Positions 37,969 to 51,194 of a stretch of DNA of 64,000 nt are shown here, one piece after another. The notes beneath the pieces are model-generated. The model saw nothing but the letters and a program-made list of their open reading frames with translations. It made no database searches and had not been told where the DNA came from. The number at the start of each line of letters is the position of its first letter. The stretch's first letter is position 1. The DNA comes from Polyangiales bacterium. GTDB lineage: Bacteria; Myxococcota_A; Polyangia; Polyangiales; Ga0077539. The stretch covers positions 32,001 to 96,000 of the forward strand of contig JBGARZ010000009.1 of the NCBI GenBank assembly GCA_044229975.1, in the 5' to 3' direction. The position numbers were made by a program, and so were the translations under genes.

Positions 37969-39162
37969 ATGCGACCCGTGAGGAGCCCACCGGTGGTGTC
38001 AGGCAAAACGCGAGGGTCGAGAACCAACGCAGCGGCGGTCATCGCGGCGTGGGTGTTGGCGGGCTGTTCGTCGGGCGGAGCGGTGACAGACGCGGCGGTG
38101 GTCGCGGCGACGGACGCGGCGACCGACCAGGGGACGCCGACGGTCGACGCGACGGGTGATGCGGGCGTGGAGGGGGACACGTTCGTCAACACGAGCGCCC
38201 ATACGCTGTCGCACCAGATGGGGCCGTGGATGGTGCCGGCGGGGGGAGAGCGCTCGTCGGACTGCGAGTCGTGGACCCTCAACAACGACGAGCCCCTCTA
38301 CCTCAGCACCGTGCAGATGACGGCGACGGCCGGGATGCACCACTCCAATTGGTTCTTCGTACCGGAGGCGAACTACCCGGGGCCGGATGGGACGTGGTCG
38401 TGCGCGTCGCGCAACTTCGACCAGGGGGTCGCGTCGCTGCTGGGCGGGGTCTTCTTCGCGCAGAGCACGCAGGTTACCAACGAGACCCAGCAGTTTCCGC
38501 CCGGCACCGTGGTGGTCATCCCGCCGCACTCGCGCGTGATCGGCCAGCTCCACATGCTCAACGCGAGCCCCGCAGCGCGCGCCATCTCCCTCGGGTTCAA
38601 CATCCAGACGCTCCCCCGCGCGGAGGTTCGCACCCGCCTGACGCCCTTCTACCTGGAGTACCACCCGCTGGAGATCACCCCCCGCGGGCGCTCGCAGTTC
38701 GACGTCGAGTGCGCCATCGACGAGCGCGCCCGGATGCTCACCGGCGAACCGCTCTCCATGCGCTTCTTCTACGGCCTCGCGCACTACCACGAGCTCGGCT
38801 CGCGGATGCGCGTGACCATCGTCGGCGGCCCCATGGACGGCCGCGCCCTCTACGAGACCGACGCGCGCCAGGGCGAGTCGTGGGCGCGCACCATGAGCCC
38901 GCCGGTGGACATCAGCGGCGCGCGGGCGCTGCGGCTGAGCTGTACCTTCGACAACACCCGCTCGACCACGGTGCGCTACGGCCTCGGATCGGGCGAGATG
39001 TGCATCTGGTTCGGGTTTACCGACAGCGCGTACCAGTGGGCGGGCCGCGCGCCGGAGACCACGCGGCCGATGGTGACCAGCGAGGTGCGCGACGGGGTCA
39101 ACTACAACACCGCGCCCTGCACCGAGCTCTTCACGCTCAACTCGCGCAGCGCGATGGAGTGA
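37969..39162 (+). CDS. Copper type II (PHM/DBH-like) monooxygenase lipoprotein
   Basis: LAGC lipobox; MHHS, QLHMLN, AHYHELG and GEMCI give a full CuH/CuM ligand set. Start approximate. Confidence 0.78.
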   Translation: MRPVRSPPVVSGKTRGSRTNAAAVIAAWVLAGCSSGGAVTDAAVVAATDAATDQGTPTVDATGDAGVEGDTFVNTSAHTLSHQMGPWMVPAGGERSSDCESWTLNNDEPLYLSTVQMTATAGMHHSNWFFVPEANYPGPDGTWSCASRNFDQGVASLLGGVFFAQSTQVTNETQQFPPGTVVVIPPHSRVIGQLHMLNASPAARAISLGFNIQTLPRAEVRTRLTPFYLEYHPLEITPRGRSQFDVECAIDERARMLTGEPLSMRFFYGLAHYHELGSRMRVTIVGGPMDGRALYETDARQGESWARTMSPPVDISGARALRLSCTFDNTRSTTVRYGLGSGEMCIWFGFTDSAYQWAGRAPETTRPMVTSEVRDGVNYNTAPCTELFTLNSRSAME

Positions 39163-39165
39163 CCG

Positions 39166-40884
39166 ATGACCACGCGGGCCACACGCAAGGGTTGGGTCTG
39201 GCTGCTCGCGGTCGTGGCCCCGGCGTGCGGCGTCAACAGCGTCACCGAGGGGAGGCCGCCCATCCTCGATGGAGGTCCGCCGCTCTTCTACGACGGCGGC
39301 GCGCTCAGCCACGTCAACGGCGACGCGGCCGTCGACGATCACGACCGCTGCGGGCCCTGCGGTCGCGCGTGCGCCGTGAGTGAAGCGTGCGTCGCGGGCG
39401 CGTGTGTTCCGGGCGGTGCGGCGCCGCCGAGGCTCGTGGGGCCCGCGTCGCTGGGCAACGTCACCTCGCGGCAACCCACGCTACGGTGGCTCCTGCCCGC
39501 GGGCGTCACCGAGGCGCGGGTGCAGCTCTGTCTCGACCGCGCGTGCTCGCAGGTGCAGCACACGGCCGACGTGACGGGATCGTCCATGCGACCGCCCGAG
39601 GCGCTGCGGCCGGGCGTGTACTTCTGGCGGGCGTTTGCGAAGCGCGGCGCGGTGGTCTCGACGACGGCGTCGGCGACGTGGCAGTTCAGGGTGCGGGCGA
39701 GCAGCGGGAGCGCGGACACCACCCTCGGCGGCATGGTCGACGTCGATGGTGATGGGTTCGGCGACCTGGTGATGCGCGCCGGGACGCCGCAGCGCTCGGC
39801 CATCTACGCGGGCGGCCCGGAGGGGGCGTCGCGGATGCCCACGACGATGCTCCCGATGCAGGCCGACGGGTCGACGGTTCCGATGTCGACGGTGGGCGAC
39901 GTCAACGGCGACGGGTTCACCGACATGCTCTCGTTCGCGATGGTCGATGGCGAGCGTCGCGCCATGCTGCATCCGGGCGGGCCGCGCGGCGTCGTGGTGC
40001 CGCCGGTCGCGCTGGTGACGATCGATCCGTGGCCCTCGTCGGTGGGCGGGGCGGGCGACCTCGATGGCGACGGCTACGGCGACCTCGTGGGGCGCGACGA
40101 CGGGTCGACGGGGCCCGTGGGGCAGGTGCGGGCGTTCTTCGGCGACGCAGCGGGCGTGCGGCCGCGGTCGGGGGTGATCCTGGCGAGCGACGCGGACGCG
40201 GTGACGGGGGTGGTGATGACCGGGGGCGGCGACCTCAACGGCGACCGCCTGCCCGACCTGCTCTTCGGCATGCCCTCCACCAACGACGGCGCGGGCCGCG
40301 CGCGCGCGTGGATCAACGGCGGCTGTGGGATGGGGCGCCTCGTCGAGCTGCCCGGCGACACCGGGGAGCTGGCGCACTTCGGCGAGTCGCTCTCGCTGAG
40401 CGGTGACTACAACGGCGACGGGTACGCCGACGCGGTCATCGCGGCGCCACACGACACGCAGACCTTCGACCGCAGCGGGGTCTGGATCTACCCGGGCAGC
40501 GCCGACGGGCCGGTGCTGACCAACCCGCTGCGCATCCCCTTCGTGGGGCGGCAGACGGAGAGCGTGCGGGTGTCCGTGGCGGCCGACCTCAACGGCGACG
40601 GCATCGGCGACCTGGGCGTGTGGATGCACACCAACCTCCGACCGCCCGAGGCGCTGCTCTACAACGGCTCGCCGACGGGGCTCGCGACGACGCCCACGCG
40701 GGCGCTCAACAGCGACGACTACGGCCCCGACGAGCGCGGCTTCTCCCTGGGCTCGGCGGGCGACACCGACCGCGATGGCTTCGATGACGTGACGATCTTC
40801 CTGTCGCCGGGGCGGGTGGTGCTCTCGCGCGGATCACCAACCGGACCGACGACCGGCATGCTGCCGGCGTTCGTGCTGCCCTGA
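39166..40884 (+). CDS. FG-GAP repeat lipoprotein
   Basis: Multiple GD.NGDG..D repeats; Ig-like N-terminal segment. Confidence 0.85.
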   Translation: MTTRATRKGWVWLLAVVAPACGVNSVTEGRPPILDGGPPLFYDGGALSHVNGDAAVDDHDRCGPCGRACAVSEACVAGACVPGGAAPPRLVGPASLGNVTSRQPTLRWLLPAGVTEARVQLCLDRACSQVQHTADVTGSSMRPPEALRPGVYFWRAFAKRGAVVSTTASATWQFRVRASSGSADTTLGGMVDVDGDGFGDLVMRAGTPQRSAIYAGGPEGASRMPTTMLPMQADGSTVPMSTVGDVNGDGFTDMLSFAMVDGERRAMLHPGGPRGVVVPPVALVTIDPWPSSVGGAGDLDGDGYGDLVGRDDGSTGPVGQVRAFFGDAAGVRPRSGVILASDADAVTGVVMTGGGDLNGDRLPDLLFGMPSTNDGAGRARAWINGGCGMGRLVELPGDTGELAHFGESLSLSGDYNGDGYADAVIAAPHDTQTFDRSGVWIYPGSADGPVLTNPLRIPFVGRQTESVRVSVAADLNGDGIGDLGVWMHTNLRPPEALLYNGSPTGLATTPTRALNSDDYGPDERGFSLGSAGDTDRDGFDDVTIFLSPGRVVLSRGSPTGPTTGMLPAFVLP

Positions 40885-40896
40885 GGCGCCGGACCA

Positions 40897-42282
40897 ATGG
40901 GGCGCGGTGATCGGGCATGCTGGCTGGGTGGTCGTCGCGTCCCCTCTCTCGCGGTCGGGGTCTGGCTCGCGTTGGGGTGCGCCGCCGATCCGCCGGTGGG
41001 AGCGCGAGATGCGGGCGTCGATGCGGTCGACGTCGCGGTGAGCGACGTGGGCGTTGCGGAGGACGTGCCGGTCAGCAGCGTGCGCTTCGCCGACCCGACG
41101 TGCTTCCCGGCCGCGGCGCAGCTCGATCGGGTGGTGACCGGCGACCTCGATCACGACGGGCGGCTCGACGCGGTGCTGGAGTATCGCGAGTCGGGCCCGT
41201 CGGCGCCGAGCGGATATGGTTATGCGCGCAACGCCTCGGCCGCGGGCGAGGTGCGCTTCGACGCGCGGGTCGATCACCTGTCGAGCGAGGCGACGCCGCT
41301 GCTGGCGTCGAGCGCGACGCAGGTGACCGACCTCGACGGCGACGGGTTTGCGGAGCTGATTCGCAACGATCGCTGGTGGCGCAACACGCAGGCCGCGGCG
41401 GGGGCGTTGACGGAGGCGACCTTCGCGGGGACGGGGCAGCTCTTCGGGAGCGGCGTCGGGTTCACGACGCCAGAGCCGGACACGCTGACGGTGCTCGACC
41501 TCGACCTCGATGGGCTGCGCGACGTGATGTCGGCGCAGAGCGCCGGGAGCTGCAACGTGCTGGTGTACCCGCAGCGGAGGGTCGAGCCGGCGCCGATCTT
41601 CGGGACGCAGCTCATCGTGCGGGTGTACGTGCGGGGCCTCACGCGCTGCACGTCCATCGCGCTGGGCGACCTCGACGGCGACGGCCGACCCGACGTGGTG
41701 GCGACGAGCGACAACCCCGACCGCGGCAGCGGCGAGCAGGGCTTCGCGGCGCTGCGCAACGAGTCGACCCCGGGGACGCTCACCGAGCGCACCTTCGGCG
41801 ACGCCCTGCGCTGGAACACCGCGGCCACGGGCGAGCGGCGCGTGACCCGCAACGCCCGCCTGGTGGACGTCAACGGCGACGGGCGCGTCGATCTCTTCTA
41901 CACGTTGAAGTCACCCGACGCGCCGGGCACGCGCGGCGCGCTGCGGCTGCACACGGGCGCGGCTGCGCTGAGCGCGGAGACCTTCGGCCCGGCCATCGAC
42001 CTCCCCGGGTCGCTCGGCGACGGGGCCGTGGTGAGCGTCATCGACCTCGACGGCAACGGCGTCCCGGACGTGGCGAGCGCGCTGGGTGATCGCGTGACCG
42101 TGGTGCAGAACCTCGCGACGCGCGGCGCGGCGATCGGGCCCGCGAGCTTCGCGGTGCGGGCGATCACACTGCCGCTGGGGAGCCGCTCGGCGGCCTTCGC
42201 GGAGGTCGACGGCGACGGGCGGGCCGACGTGATCTTCGTGCGCGACGGCGGCTGGTGCGTGATGCGCAACACCACGCCGTAG
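40897..42282 (+). CDS. FG-GAP/VCBS repeat lipoprotein
   Basis: ALGC lipobox; repeated DLDGDG..D and RN motifs. Confidence 0.85.
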   Translation: MGRGDRACWLGGRRVPSLAVGVWLALGCAADPPVGARDAGVDAVDVAVSDVGVAEDVPVSSVRFADPTCFPAAAQLDRVVTGDLDHDGRLDAVLEYRESGPSAPSGYGYARNASAAGEVRFDARVDHLSSEATPLLASSATQVTDLDGDGFAELIRNDRWWRNTQAAAGALTEATFAGTGQLFGSGVGFTTPEPDTLTVLDLDLDGLRDVMSAQSAGSCNVLVYPQRRVEPAPIFGTQLIVRVYVRGLTRCTSIALGDLDGDGRPDVVATSDNPDRGSGEQGFAALRNESTPGTLTERTFGDALRWNTAATGERRVTRNARLVDVNGDGRVDLFYTLKSPDAPGTRGALRLHTGAAALSAETFGPAIDLPGSLGDGAVVSVIDLDGNGVPDVASALGDRVTVVQNLATRGAAIGPASFAVRAITLPLGSRSAAFAEVDGDGRADVIFVRDGGWCVMRNTTP

Positions 42283-42299
42283 GCGAGCGTCGCGAGAGA

Positions 42300-45200
42300 C
42301 TACCGCTGTCGGCGCAGGTCGAGGGTAAACGGCCGCTCGGGGTCGATCACCGGCACGCGCGGGTTCACCGGCCACGGCAGGTGTCCTTCGGTGGTGAAGC
42401 GCTGCGCGCGCCGCGCCGCCGCCTCGAAGGCCGTGAGCGGCGGAGCGTCGTAGGCGCGGCCCTCGGGGTGCCACACGTGGTGCGTGAAGCCGCCGAGCGA
42501 GCGCCGCGCCCAGGTGTCGACGAGGTCGAAGCGCAGCGGGTGATGCACGTCGATGGTCGGGTGCAGACAATGCGCCGGCTTCCACGCGCGAAACCGCACG
42601 CCCGCGACGTACTCGCTCGCCCGCCCGGTGGGGCGCAGCGGCAGTTCGACGCCGTTGACCAGCACCTTGTGGCGGCCCTCGACCAGCCCGTCGACCTTCA
42701 ACTGAACGCGCTCCAGCGACGCGTCGACGTAGCGCGACGTGCCCGACGCGGTGGCCTCTTCGCCGAGCACCGGCCAGGGCTCCAGCGCGGGGCGCAGCTC
42801 CATCGTGACGTCGTCGAGCGTGACCCTCCCCGACACCGGGAAGCGCAGCTCCACGAAGGGCTCGAACCACGCCGGGTCGAGCGCCACGCCGCGGTCGGCG
42901 AGGTGGTCGAGCGCGCACCGCAGGTCGGCCCACAGGTGGTGCGGCAGCATGAAGCGGTCGTGGAGCTGCGTTCCCCACCGAACCAAGGGCGCGACGTAAC
43001 GATCGCGCGCGAACACCGAGGTCATGGCGCGCACGAGCAGCATCTGCGCGGCCGCCATGCGCTCGTTGGGCGGCATCTCGAAGGCGCGAAACTCCACGAT
43101 GCCCTGCCGACCATGAAGGGTCGCGGGGTCGTAGAGCTTGTCGATGGAGAGCTCGGTGCGGTGCGTGCTGCCGGTGACGTCGACGAGCAGGTTGCGGAAG
43201 ATCCGGTCGGTGAGCCACGGGGGCGGTGACTCCGCGCGGTCGGCGAGGTCGAGCGCGATCTCCAGCTCGGAGAGCGACTCGTGGCGGGCCTCGTCGACGC
43301 GCGGCGCCTGCGAGGTCGGACCCACGAAGAGCCCCGTGAACAGGTACGACAGCGACGGGTGGTGCTGGAGAAAACGCAGCGTGCTCGCCAGCAGATCGGG
43401 CCGACGCAAGAACGGGCTCTCCACCGTGGTCGGTCCGCCCAGCGTGAGGTGATGACCACCGCCCGTCCCCGCCGCGCGGCCATCGAGCTGGAAGCGCTCG
43501 GAGGTGAGGCCCGCGTGGAGCGCGGCGCGGCCGACGGACTCCAGCGTGTCGACGTAGGCCGCGTAGGTGCGCGTCACCGGGAGGTTGACCTCGATGACGC
43601 CGGGGTCGGGCGTCACGAGGCAGCTCTGTACGCGCGGATCACCCTTCGGTCCGTAGCCCTCCAGGCGCACGGGCCGCTGGGTCTTTTCGGCCGTCGCTTC
43701 GATGGCGGCGAGCAGACGGACGAAGTCCTCCGCGCGCTCCATCGGCGGGAGGAAGATGCACAGCGCTCCGTCGCGTGACTCGATGCAGAGGGCCGTTCGC
43801 ACCGAGCCGTCGGGCAACGGAGAGTGCTGTACGGGCGGCGCGTCGGTGCCCTGCGGCAGCGGGCGCCACGGGTCGGAGGAGAGCGCGGCGGCGCCGACGG
43901 TGAGGTCGGGGGCGATGAGGTCGCGGGAGGTTCCGGCGATGCGGTCGAGCGGGAGGCGCAGGCCGATGGGGCTGTCGCCGGGGATGAGGTGCAGCGCGCC
44001 GCGACGGAAGGTCCACCCCGCGGTCGCCCACGCGTCGTCCTCGCGGGTGAGCGGCAGCACGAACCCCACCGGAACATCGAGCCCGCGACCGAGCGCGCGG
44101 GCGAGCATGCGACGCGCCTCGGGGTCGCGCAGTCCGGCGGTGAGGGGGTCGACGTCGGGGGGGAGTTCCTGCTCGCGGGCGACGAAGTGCCAGGGGTCTT
44201 CGTAGGCGGGCATCCACGCGTCGGGCAGGCCGAGACGCGCGGCGAGGGCTGTCGCGAAGGCGCGGACGTCGTCGATCGCCACGGGCGGCCGCTCGGCGTC
44301 TTCGTCGAGGTCGAGCCACCGCGGGTCGCGCCACAGCGGAACCCCATCGTCGCGCCACGCGAGCTGCACCACCCAGCGAGGAAGGCTCTCGCCCGGGTAC
44401 TGCTTGCCCATGCGGTGCATCACCACGCCGCCGCGCGCGATGCGGGGCGCGAGCTCACGGGTGAGCCGCATCGCCTGGGCCCACTTGGTGGGGCCGAGCG
44501 CTTCGAGGTTCCACTCGGGCTCGCGCGGGTGCTCGCGCGACGTCCACGTCGGCTCACCGCCCATGGTCAGCGCGAGTCCGTCCGCCGCGAGTCGCGCGTC
44601 GATGAGGTCACCCGCCGCGCGGAGAGCGGTCCACTGCGCGTCGGTGTACGGGCGTCGCGGGCTCGCCTCGTGGCCGAGCCGCGTGACCTGCATCACCACG
44701 TCGAAGCCCTCGGCGACCTCGCTCGATGTTCCGTCGACGGGCGATGCGAGCTCGGGGTTGACCGTGCACGCGAGCGGCAGGTGGCCTTCGCCGCAGAGCA
44801 GGCCGCTGGTGCCGTCGAGGCCGATCCAGCCGGCGCCCGGGACGAAGGCTTCGGCCCACGCGTGCAGGTCGACCACGTCGCGGTCGACGCCCTTCGCCTC
44901 GTCGGGGAGCTCTCCCTCGTCCGCGAGCTGAACGAGGTACCCGCTGACGAAACGCGCCGCGAATCCCTGCGCCCGCAGCGCATCGACGAGGAGCACGGCC
45001 GAGTCGCGGCAGCTCCCGGATCCCTTGATGAGCGTCTCGTCGCTGGTCTGGATGCCGGCCTCGTCGCGCAGGATGTAGCGGACCTCGCGCGCGACGCGGG
45101 CGTTGAGGGCGACGAGGTGATCGGTGACGTAGCCGCCGGGTGGGCTCTCGCGGAGCCACGCGGCGAGGCGCGGCGACGGGGTGTTGCGCGCGAGGAAGGG

Positions 45201-45542
45201 CGCGAGCTCGTCGGCGAGCCCGTCGGGGTAGTCGAAGGGGACGGTCTTGCAGCGATCGTCGACGAAGAAGTCGAAGGGGTTCACCGGGCGGATGTCGACG
45301 GTGCACTCGACGCGGAGGGCGAGCTCGGGGACGAGCGAGTCGGCGGGGAAGGTGAGGCGGGCGACGCGGTTGCCCCAGGGGTCGTGCTGCCAGCGGACCT
45401 CGGGCGCGGGCTCGATCGAGAGGTTGTACGCGAGTACGGCGGCGCGGGCGTGGCCCGACGGGCGGAGGCGGACGACCTGGGGGCCGAGCGCCGAGGGGCG
45501 GGGGTAGCGGTAGCGGGTCTCGTGACGGATGCGGACGCGCAT
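42300..45542 (-). CDS. Transglutaminase-like domain fused to a DUF2126 putative amidoligase
   Basis: [92 protein letters not shown]. Confidence 0.92.
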   Translation of the reverse strand: MRVRIRHETRYRYPRPSALGPQVVRLRPSGHARAAVLAYNLSIEPAPEVRWQHDPWGNRVARLTFPADSLVPELALRVECTVDIRPVNPFDFFVDDRCKTVPFDYPDGLADELAPFLARNTPSPRLAAWLRESPPGGYVTDHLVALNARVAREVRYILRDEAGIQTSDETLIKGSGSCRDSAVLLVDALRAQGFAARFVSGYLVQLADEGELPDEAKGVDRDVVDLHAWAEAFVPGAGWIGLDGTSGLLCGEGHLPLACTVNPELASPVDGTSSEVAEGFDVVMQVTRLGHEASPRRPYTDAQWTALRAAGDLIDARLAADGLALTMGGEPTWTSREHPREPEWNLEALGPTKWAQAMRLTRELAPRIARGGVVMHRMGKQYPGESLPRWVVQLAWRDDGVPLWRDPRWLDLDEDAERPPVAIDDVRAFATALAARLGLPDAWMPAYEDPWHFVAREQELPPDVDPLTAGLRDPEARRMLARALGRGLDVPVGFVLPLTREDDAWATAGWTFRRGALHLIPGDSPIGLRLPLDRIAGTSRDLIAPDLTVGAAALSSDPWRPLPQGTDAPPVQHSPLPDGSVRTALCIESRDGALCIFLPPMERAEDFVRLLAAIEATAEKTQRPVRLEGYGPKGDPRVQSCLVTPDPGVIEVNLPVTRTYAAYVDTLESVGRAALHAGLTSERFQLDGRAAGTGGGHHLTLGGPTTVESPFLRRPDLLASTLRFLQHHPSLSYLFTGLFVGPTSQAPRVDEARHESLSELEIALDLADRAESPPPWLTDRIFRNLLVDVTGSTHRTELSIDKLYDPATLHGRQGIVEFRAFEMPPNERMAAAQMLLVRAMTSVFARDRYVAPLVRWGTQLHDRFMLPHHLWADLRCALDHLADRGVALDPAWFEPFVELRFPVSGRVTLDDVTMELRPALEPWPVLGEEATASGTSRYVDASLERVQLKVDGLVEGRHKVLVNGVELPLRPTGRASEYVAGVRFRAWKPAHCLHPTIDVHHPLRFDLVDTWARRSLGGFTHHVWHPEGRAYDAPPLTAFEAAARRAQRFTTEGHLPWPVNPRVPVIDPERPFTLDLRRQR

Positions 45543-45613
45543 GGTGTTGGACGAGATGGATACCAGCGCGGGGTGGGAAGCGAGTGTGATGGTTTGGGAA
45601 AGCGGGGCGTGCG

Positions 45614-45859
45614 CTACGTCGCGACTCTCACCGCGACGATGGCGCGGAGCGCGGCGATCGACCGAGCGAAGGCCTCGGCGGCGAACTCATCAGGGAAGGT
45701 CGCGAACGCGCAGGGCGCCGCATCGACGACCGCCTTCGCCGCGGCAAGTGAGATCGAGAGCGCGGTGCGGACCTGGATGATGACCAGCTCGCGCTTCGGG
45801 CCGCACGACCACCGCGCGATGTTACCGGTCAGCGCACCGCCGCGCCTCAAATGGCTCAC
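45614..45859 (-). CDS. Small protein resembling the ribosomal L7/L12 C-terminal domain (not rplL)
   Basis: GPKRELVIIQVRTALSISLAAAKAVVDAAP...AEAFARSIAALRAIV; start uncertain. Confidence 0.5.
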   Translation of the reverse strand: MSHLRRGGALTGNIARWSCGPKRELVIIQVRTALSISLAAAKAVVDAAPCAFATFPDEFAAEAFARSIAALRAIVAVRVAT

Positions 45860-45934
45860 TCTGGCGCAGCGCTCCAACCCTCCCAGCACATTGCTCGCAG
45901 GGCACACCCGTTGCTGCGGGTGATCCCAGCATGG

Positions 45935-46198
45935 CGCGCCGCCGCGCAGCGCCGCATCGCCCGCGACGAGACGCGCCACGCGGCGCTCGCGTGGTCGGTA
46001 CGCGACTGGTTCCTGTCGCGCGACGACGTCGATGGTGCCGCGCTGTCGGCGGCGATGCGCGAGGCGGTCGACGCGCTCGCAGCGTCGATCGAGGCTCCCG
46101 CCCCGGCAGCGCTGGTCGACGAGCTCGGGCTGCCGACGCCAGACGACGCCCGGCGGCTCTTCGCGTCGCTGCGCGCGTCGATGTGGGCCGACGCGTAG
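45935..46198 (+). pseudogene. 3' remnant of a ferritin-like domain protein gene
   Basis: RRIARDETRHAALAW...LGLPTPD: only the last DExxH helix is present. Confidence 0.6.
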
Positions 46199-47020
46199 CT
46201 ACGCACCTGCGGCGTCCGCGAGCCGCGGGTACACCGCCTTGAACCCGAGGTCTTCGCGAATCCGTCGACCGTCCATGATCGCGTCGAACGCGCGCGCCCG
46301 CTCGGCGTTCGACCCGTCGGGCGGCGGTTCACCCACCGACGCGAACAGCGTCGCGAGGTCGGGCGCCTCGTCGTCGGTCACGTTGTAGATGCGGTGCGCG
46401 GGCGACGGCGCGTCGAGCAGGCGGGCGACGGCCTGCGCCACGTCGACGTGGTGGCCGATGGACATGCGCATCGTCGCCGGGAAGCCGCGCATCATCGGCA
46501 CCGCCTCCGCGATGTGCGCGTCGCCGTCGCCGTACACGAACGGCAGCCGCAGCACCCGCACGTCGAGCCCACCGAGCCCGAAGAGGAAGCGCTCGGCGGC
46601 GAGCTTGCTCACCGGGTACGCGTCGATGGGCGCGCAGGGGTCGTCCTCGCGGGCGAGGCGACCACCCCTCGGCCCGTAGACCAGGCCGGTGCTCGTGAAG
46701 ATGAAGCGCCGCACCGAGGCGGCGCGGGCGGCGTGCGCGAGGTGCTGCGTGCCGAGGTCGTTGACGGCGTGCGCCTGCTCCGCCGTCGCGCCGCGGAAGA
46801 ACGCCGCGCAATGCACCACCGCATCGACGCCGCGCACCGCGCCCGCGAGCGAGTCCGCGTCGAGGAGATCGCCCTCGACGAGCTCAATGTGCTCTCCGAG
46901 CAGCGTGGCGGCGCGCGTCCGATCGCGGACGAGGGCGCGCACCCGGTCGCCGCGCTGAGACAGCCTTCGAGCGAGACGACTACCGACCTTTCCGGTCGCA
47001 CCAGTGACGAGAATGTTCAT
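46199..47020 (-). CDS. NAD(P)-dependent epimerase/dehydratase family oxidoreductase
   Basis: MNILVTGATGKVG, HCAA, YPVSKLAAE. Confidence 0.92.
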   Translation of the reverse strand: MNILVTGATGKVGSRLARRLSQRGDRVRALVRDRTRAATLLGEHIELVEGDLLDADSLAGAVRGVDAVVHCAAFFRGATAEQAHAVNDLGTQHLAHAARAASVRRFIFTSTGLVYGPRGGRLAREDDPCAPIDAYPVSKLAAERFLFGLGGLDVRVLRLPFVYGDGDAHIAEAVPMMRGFPATMRMSIGHHVDVAQAVARLLDAPSPAHRIYNVTDDEAPDLATLFASVGEPPPDGSNAERARAFDAIMDGRRIREDLGFKAVYPRLADAAGA

Positions 47021-47121
47021 GCGCCCAACCGTAGGCGTCGCCCTCCATCGCGGATTGGAAGAAACGGACAAGCGCGCGCCGACGCTTGCGCGGCCGTCTC
47101 ACGCGTCCTCAGAATCGGCTC

Positions 47122-47877
47122 ATGCAGGCGAGCGCGGTCCGTCGGAGTCGCATCACGCCAGGCGCATCGGCCGCGTCCGCCGTGGCAGCGCTCTCCGTCT
47201 ACGAGTACGACCGCGACGCGCCGCTCGTGGCGATCCCGCGCCCGGAAATCCAGATCGTCGTGCGCTTCGGTTCGTCGGCGGAGGGAGGCCTCGACGTGCA
47301 CGCGTTCGGCGCGCGACAGCGGGCGCATCGGAAGTTCATCCGCGCGGGTCAGCGGGTCGTGGCCGCGCGACTTCACCTGGGCGCGACGGAGGCGGTGTTC
47401 GGCGTGCCTGCGTCGGCGATCGCCGGGCGCATCGTCGCGCTCGATGACCTGTGGGGCGACGCCGCGACGCGGAGGCTCTGCGATCGGCTCGCCGCCGCGC
47501 CCGGACCCGTCGAGGCAGCCACGATCGTCGAGCGCGCGATCGCCGAGCGCGTTGCGGTGGCAGGCGTACGACCGCGGCTCGTGACCGAAGCTGCGCAGAG
47601 ACTCGCGACCGCCAACGTCAGCGCCGTCGCCGCGGACCTCGGCGTGAGCGAGCGGCATCTTCGTCGCGTGTTCGGTGAGGCCGTCGGGATGAGCCCGAAG
47701 GCCTTCGCCCGTGTCGTGCGCTTCCGTCGTGCGCTGCGGGCCGCGCGCGAGAGCAGCGCCGTGAACTGGGCGAGCATCGCCGCCGCGAGCGGCTACTACG
47801 ATCAGGCGCACCTCATCGAGGAGTTCCGGGCGATCGCAGGGGTGACGCCGCGCGCGCTCCTCGGCGAGCTCGCGTAG
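47122..47877 (+). CDS. AraC family regulator
   Basis: VAADLGVSERHLRRVF..AVGMSPKAFARVVRF, GYYDQAHLIEEFRAIAGVTP; divergent from the oxidoreductase. Confidence 0.92.
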   Translation: MQASAVRRSRITPGASAASAVAALSVYEYDRDAPLVAIPRPEIQIVVRFGSSAEGGLDVHAFGARQRAHRKFIRAGQRVVAARLHLGATEAVFGVPASAIAGRIVALDDLWGDAATRRLCDRLAAAPGPVEAATIVERAIAERVAVAGVRPRLVTEAAQRLATANVSAVAADLGVSERHLRRVFGEAVGMSPKAFARVVRFRRALRAARESSAVNWASIAAASGYYDQAHLIEEFRAIAGVTPRALLGELA

Positions 47878-47979
47878 TACTTGTCCACGCGAGACTGATA
47901 GCTTGAAGAGCATTCGCTCACGTCAGCCCGACGCTCCTCCACCGTCCCGAAGCGACGCGCAACGCGTGGTCGGAGAAGA

Positions 47980-48107
47980 GCCGCAAGGGCGCCAGGATCG
48001 CAAGGAAGCAATCGGGTGAGCGGTCTGCGCGCCTGCCATCACCATCCTGCGAACGTGGATGTGTCGGTGCCGACCTTCGCTCCTTGCGGTCCTGGCGCCC
48101 TTGCGGC
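47980..48107. repeat. CGCAAGG inverted-repeat element (27-bp arms)
   Basis: GCCGCAAGGGCGCCAGGATCGCAAGGA (47980-48006) and TCCTTGCGGTCCTGGCGCCCTTGCGGC (48081-48107), 1 mismatch. Confidence 0.85.
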
Positions 48108-48216
48108 CCTCCTTCCGCCGCGCCTCGTCCCGTCGCCTCGCGAGCTGAGAGCGTAGCTACCACCCGACGCGAGGAGGCTTCCACTTCGAGCACCCGTTCT
48201 CCACAATGGGCGCCCG

Positions 48217-50154
<1,938 letters not shown>

Positions 50155-50192
50155 GGTCGCTGGGGTGAGGGCCAGCGCCCGAACCCCTGCGA

Positions 50193-51194
50193 CTACCCCT
50201 GCGACTGCGACTGTGACATCGGCGGCGGCGCCATCGAGGGCGTCACCGGCCGCAGCGCGAAGAAGGTGTCGTGAATCGCGTTGCTCGCGCCGTTGAGCCG
50301 CGTCTGAAACGCGTCGAGGTACTCGTGCAATCCACCCGCGATGATGGGTCGCACCTCGCTCGTCGAGAGCGTCTCGCGCAGGTCACCGAGCGCCCGCTCC
50401 GCCGGGGTGTCCTGCACCTCGAAGGGCGACCCCGTGATGGCGTGCACCGAGCGCTCCGCCTTCACCACGCAGTACCTTATCGCCCGCGGAAACTTCCGCT
50501 CCAGCAGCAGAAACTCCACCACCTTCGTCGGCGCCAGCGTGCCGTGCTTCTTGCGGTACATCTCGAAGGCGCTCGCGCTCTTCAGCAGCGCCGCCCACTG
50601 GATGTCGTCGTAGGCCGTCCCGACGTCGCTCACCGTGGGCAGCAGCAGGAAGTACTTCACGTCGAGGATGCGCGACGTCTTGTCCGCCCGCTCGATGAGC
50701 CGACCCACGCGCCCGAAGTGCCACGCCTCGTTGTGCGTCATCGTCAGGTACGTCACGCCCACGAAGAGCTGCGTCGCGCTCTTCACCGCCGCGAAGAACT
50801 CGTGCGGGCTGTCGAGCGACGCCGCCGCGTTGGCCGACGCGTCGCGCACCGCGAGGTACGCGCGGTTGACCTGCTCCCACATCTCCGAGGAGATGATCTC
50901 GCGCACGGCCCGCGCGTTCTCCCGCGCGGCGCGCAGGCACGACGCGATGGAGTTGGGGTTGGCCTCGTCGAAGCTCAGGAAGCGCAGGACGTTTTCGCGC
51001 GAGGGCAGGTCGTAGCGCTTCGCGAAGTCGGCGTGGTCGCCCGTCGTCGCGATGATGGGCGCCCACTGCTCGTCGACGCCGAAGGCCGCGTCGAGCTGGA
51101 GGTGCAGGTGTACGTCGACGAAGCGCGCGACGTTCTCCGCGCGCTCCATGTAGCGGTTGAGCCAGTAGATGCTGTCGGCGACGCGGCTCAGCAC
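50193..51194 (-). CDS. Alpha-E domain protein (DUF403)
   Basis: [60 protein letters not shown]-terminal SQSQSQG. Confidence 0.93.
   Translation of the reverse strand: MLSRVADSIYWLNRYMERAENVARFVDVHLHLQLDAAFGVDEQWAPIIATTGDHADFAKRYDLPSRENVLRFLSFDEANPNSIASCLRAARENARAVREIISSEMWEQVNRAYLAVRDASANAAASLDSPHEFFAAVKSATQLFVGVTYLTMTHNEAWHFGRVGRLIERADKTSRILDVKYFLLLPTVSDVGTAYDDIQWAALLKSASAFEMYRKKHGTLAPTKVVEFLLLERKFPRAIRYCVVKAERSVHAITGSPFEVQDTPAERALGDLRETLSTSEVRPIIAGGLHEYLDAFQTRLNGASNAIHDTFFALRPVTPSMAPPPMSQSQSQG

Noticed and set aside
45614..45859. rplL ribosomal protein gene
   Set aside because: Lacks the N-terminal dimerisation domain and the rplJ/rpoB context; too divergent.
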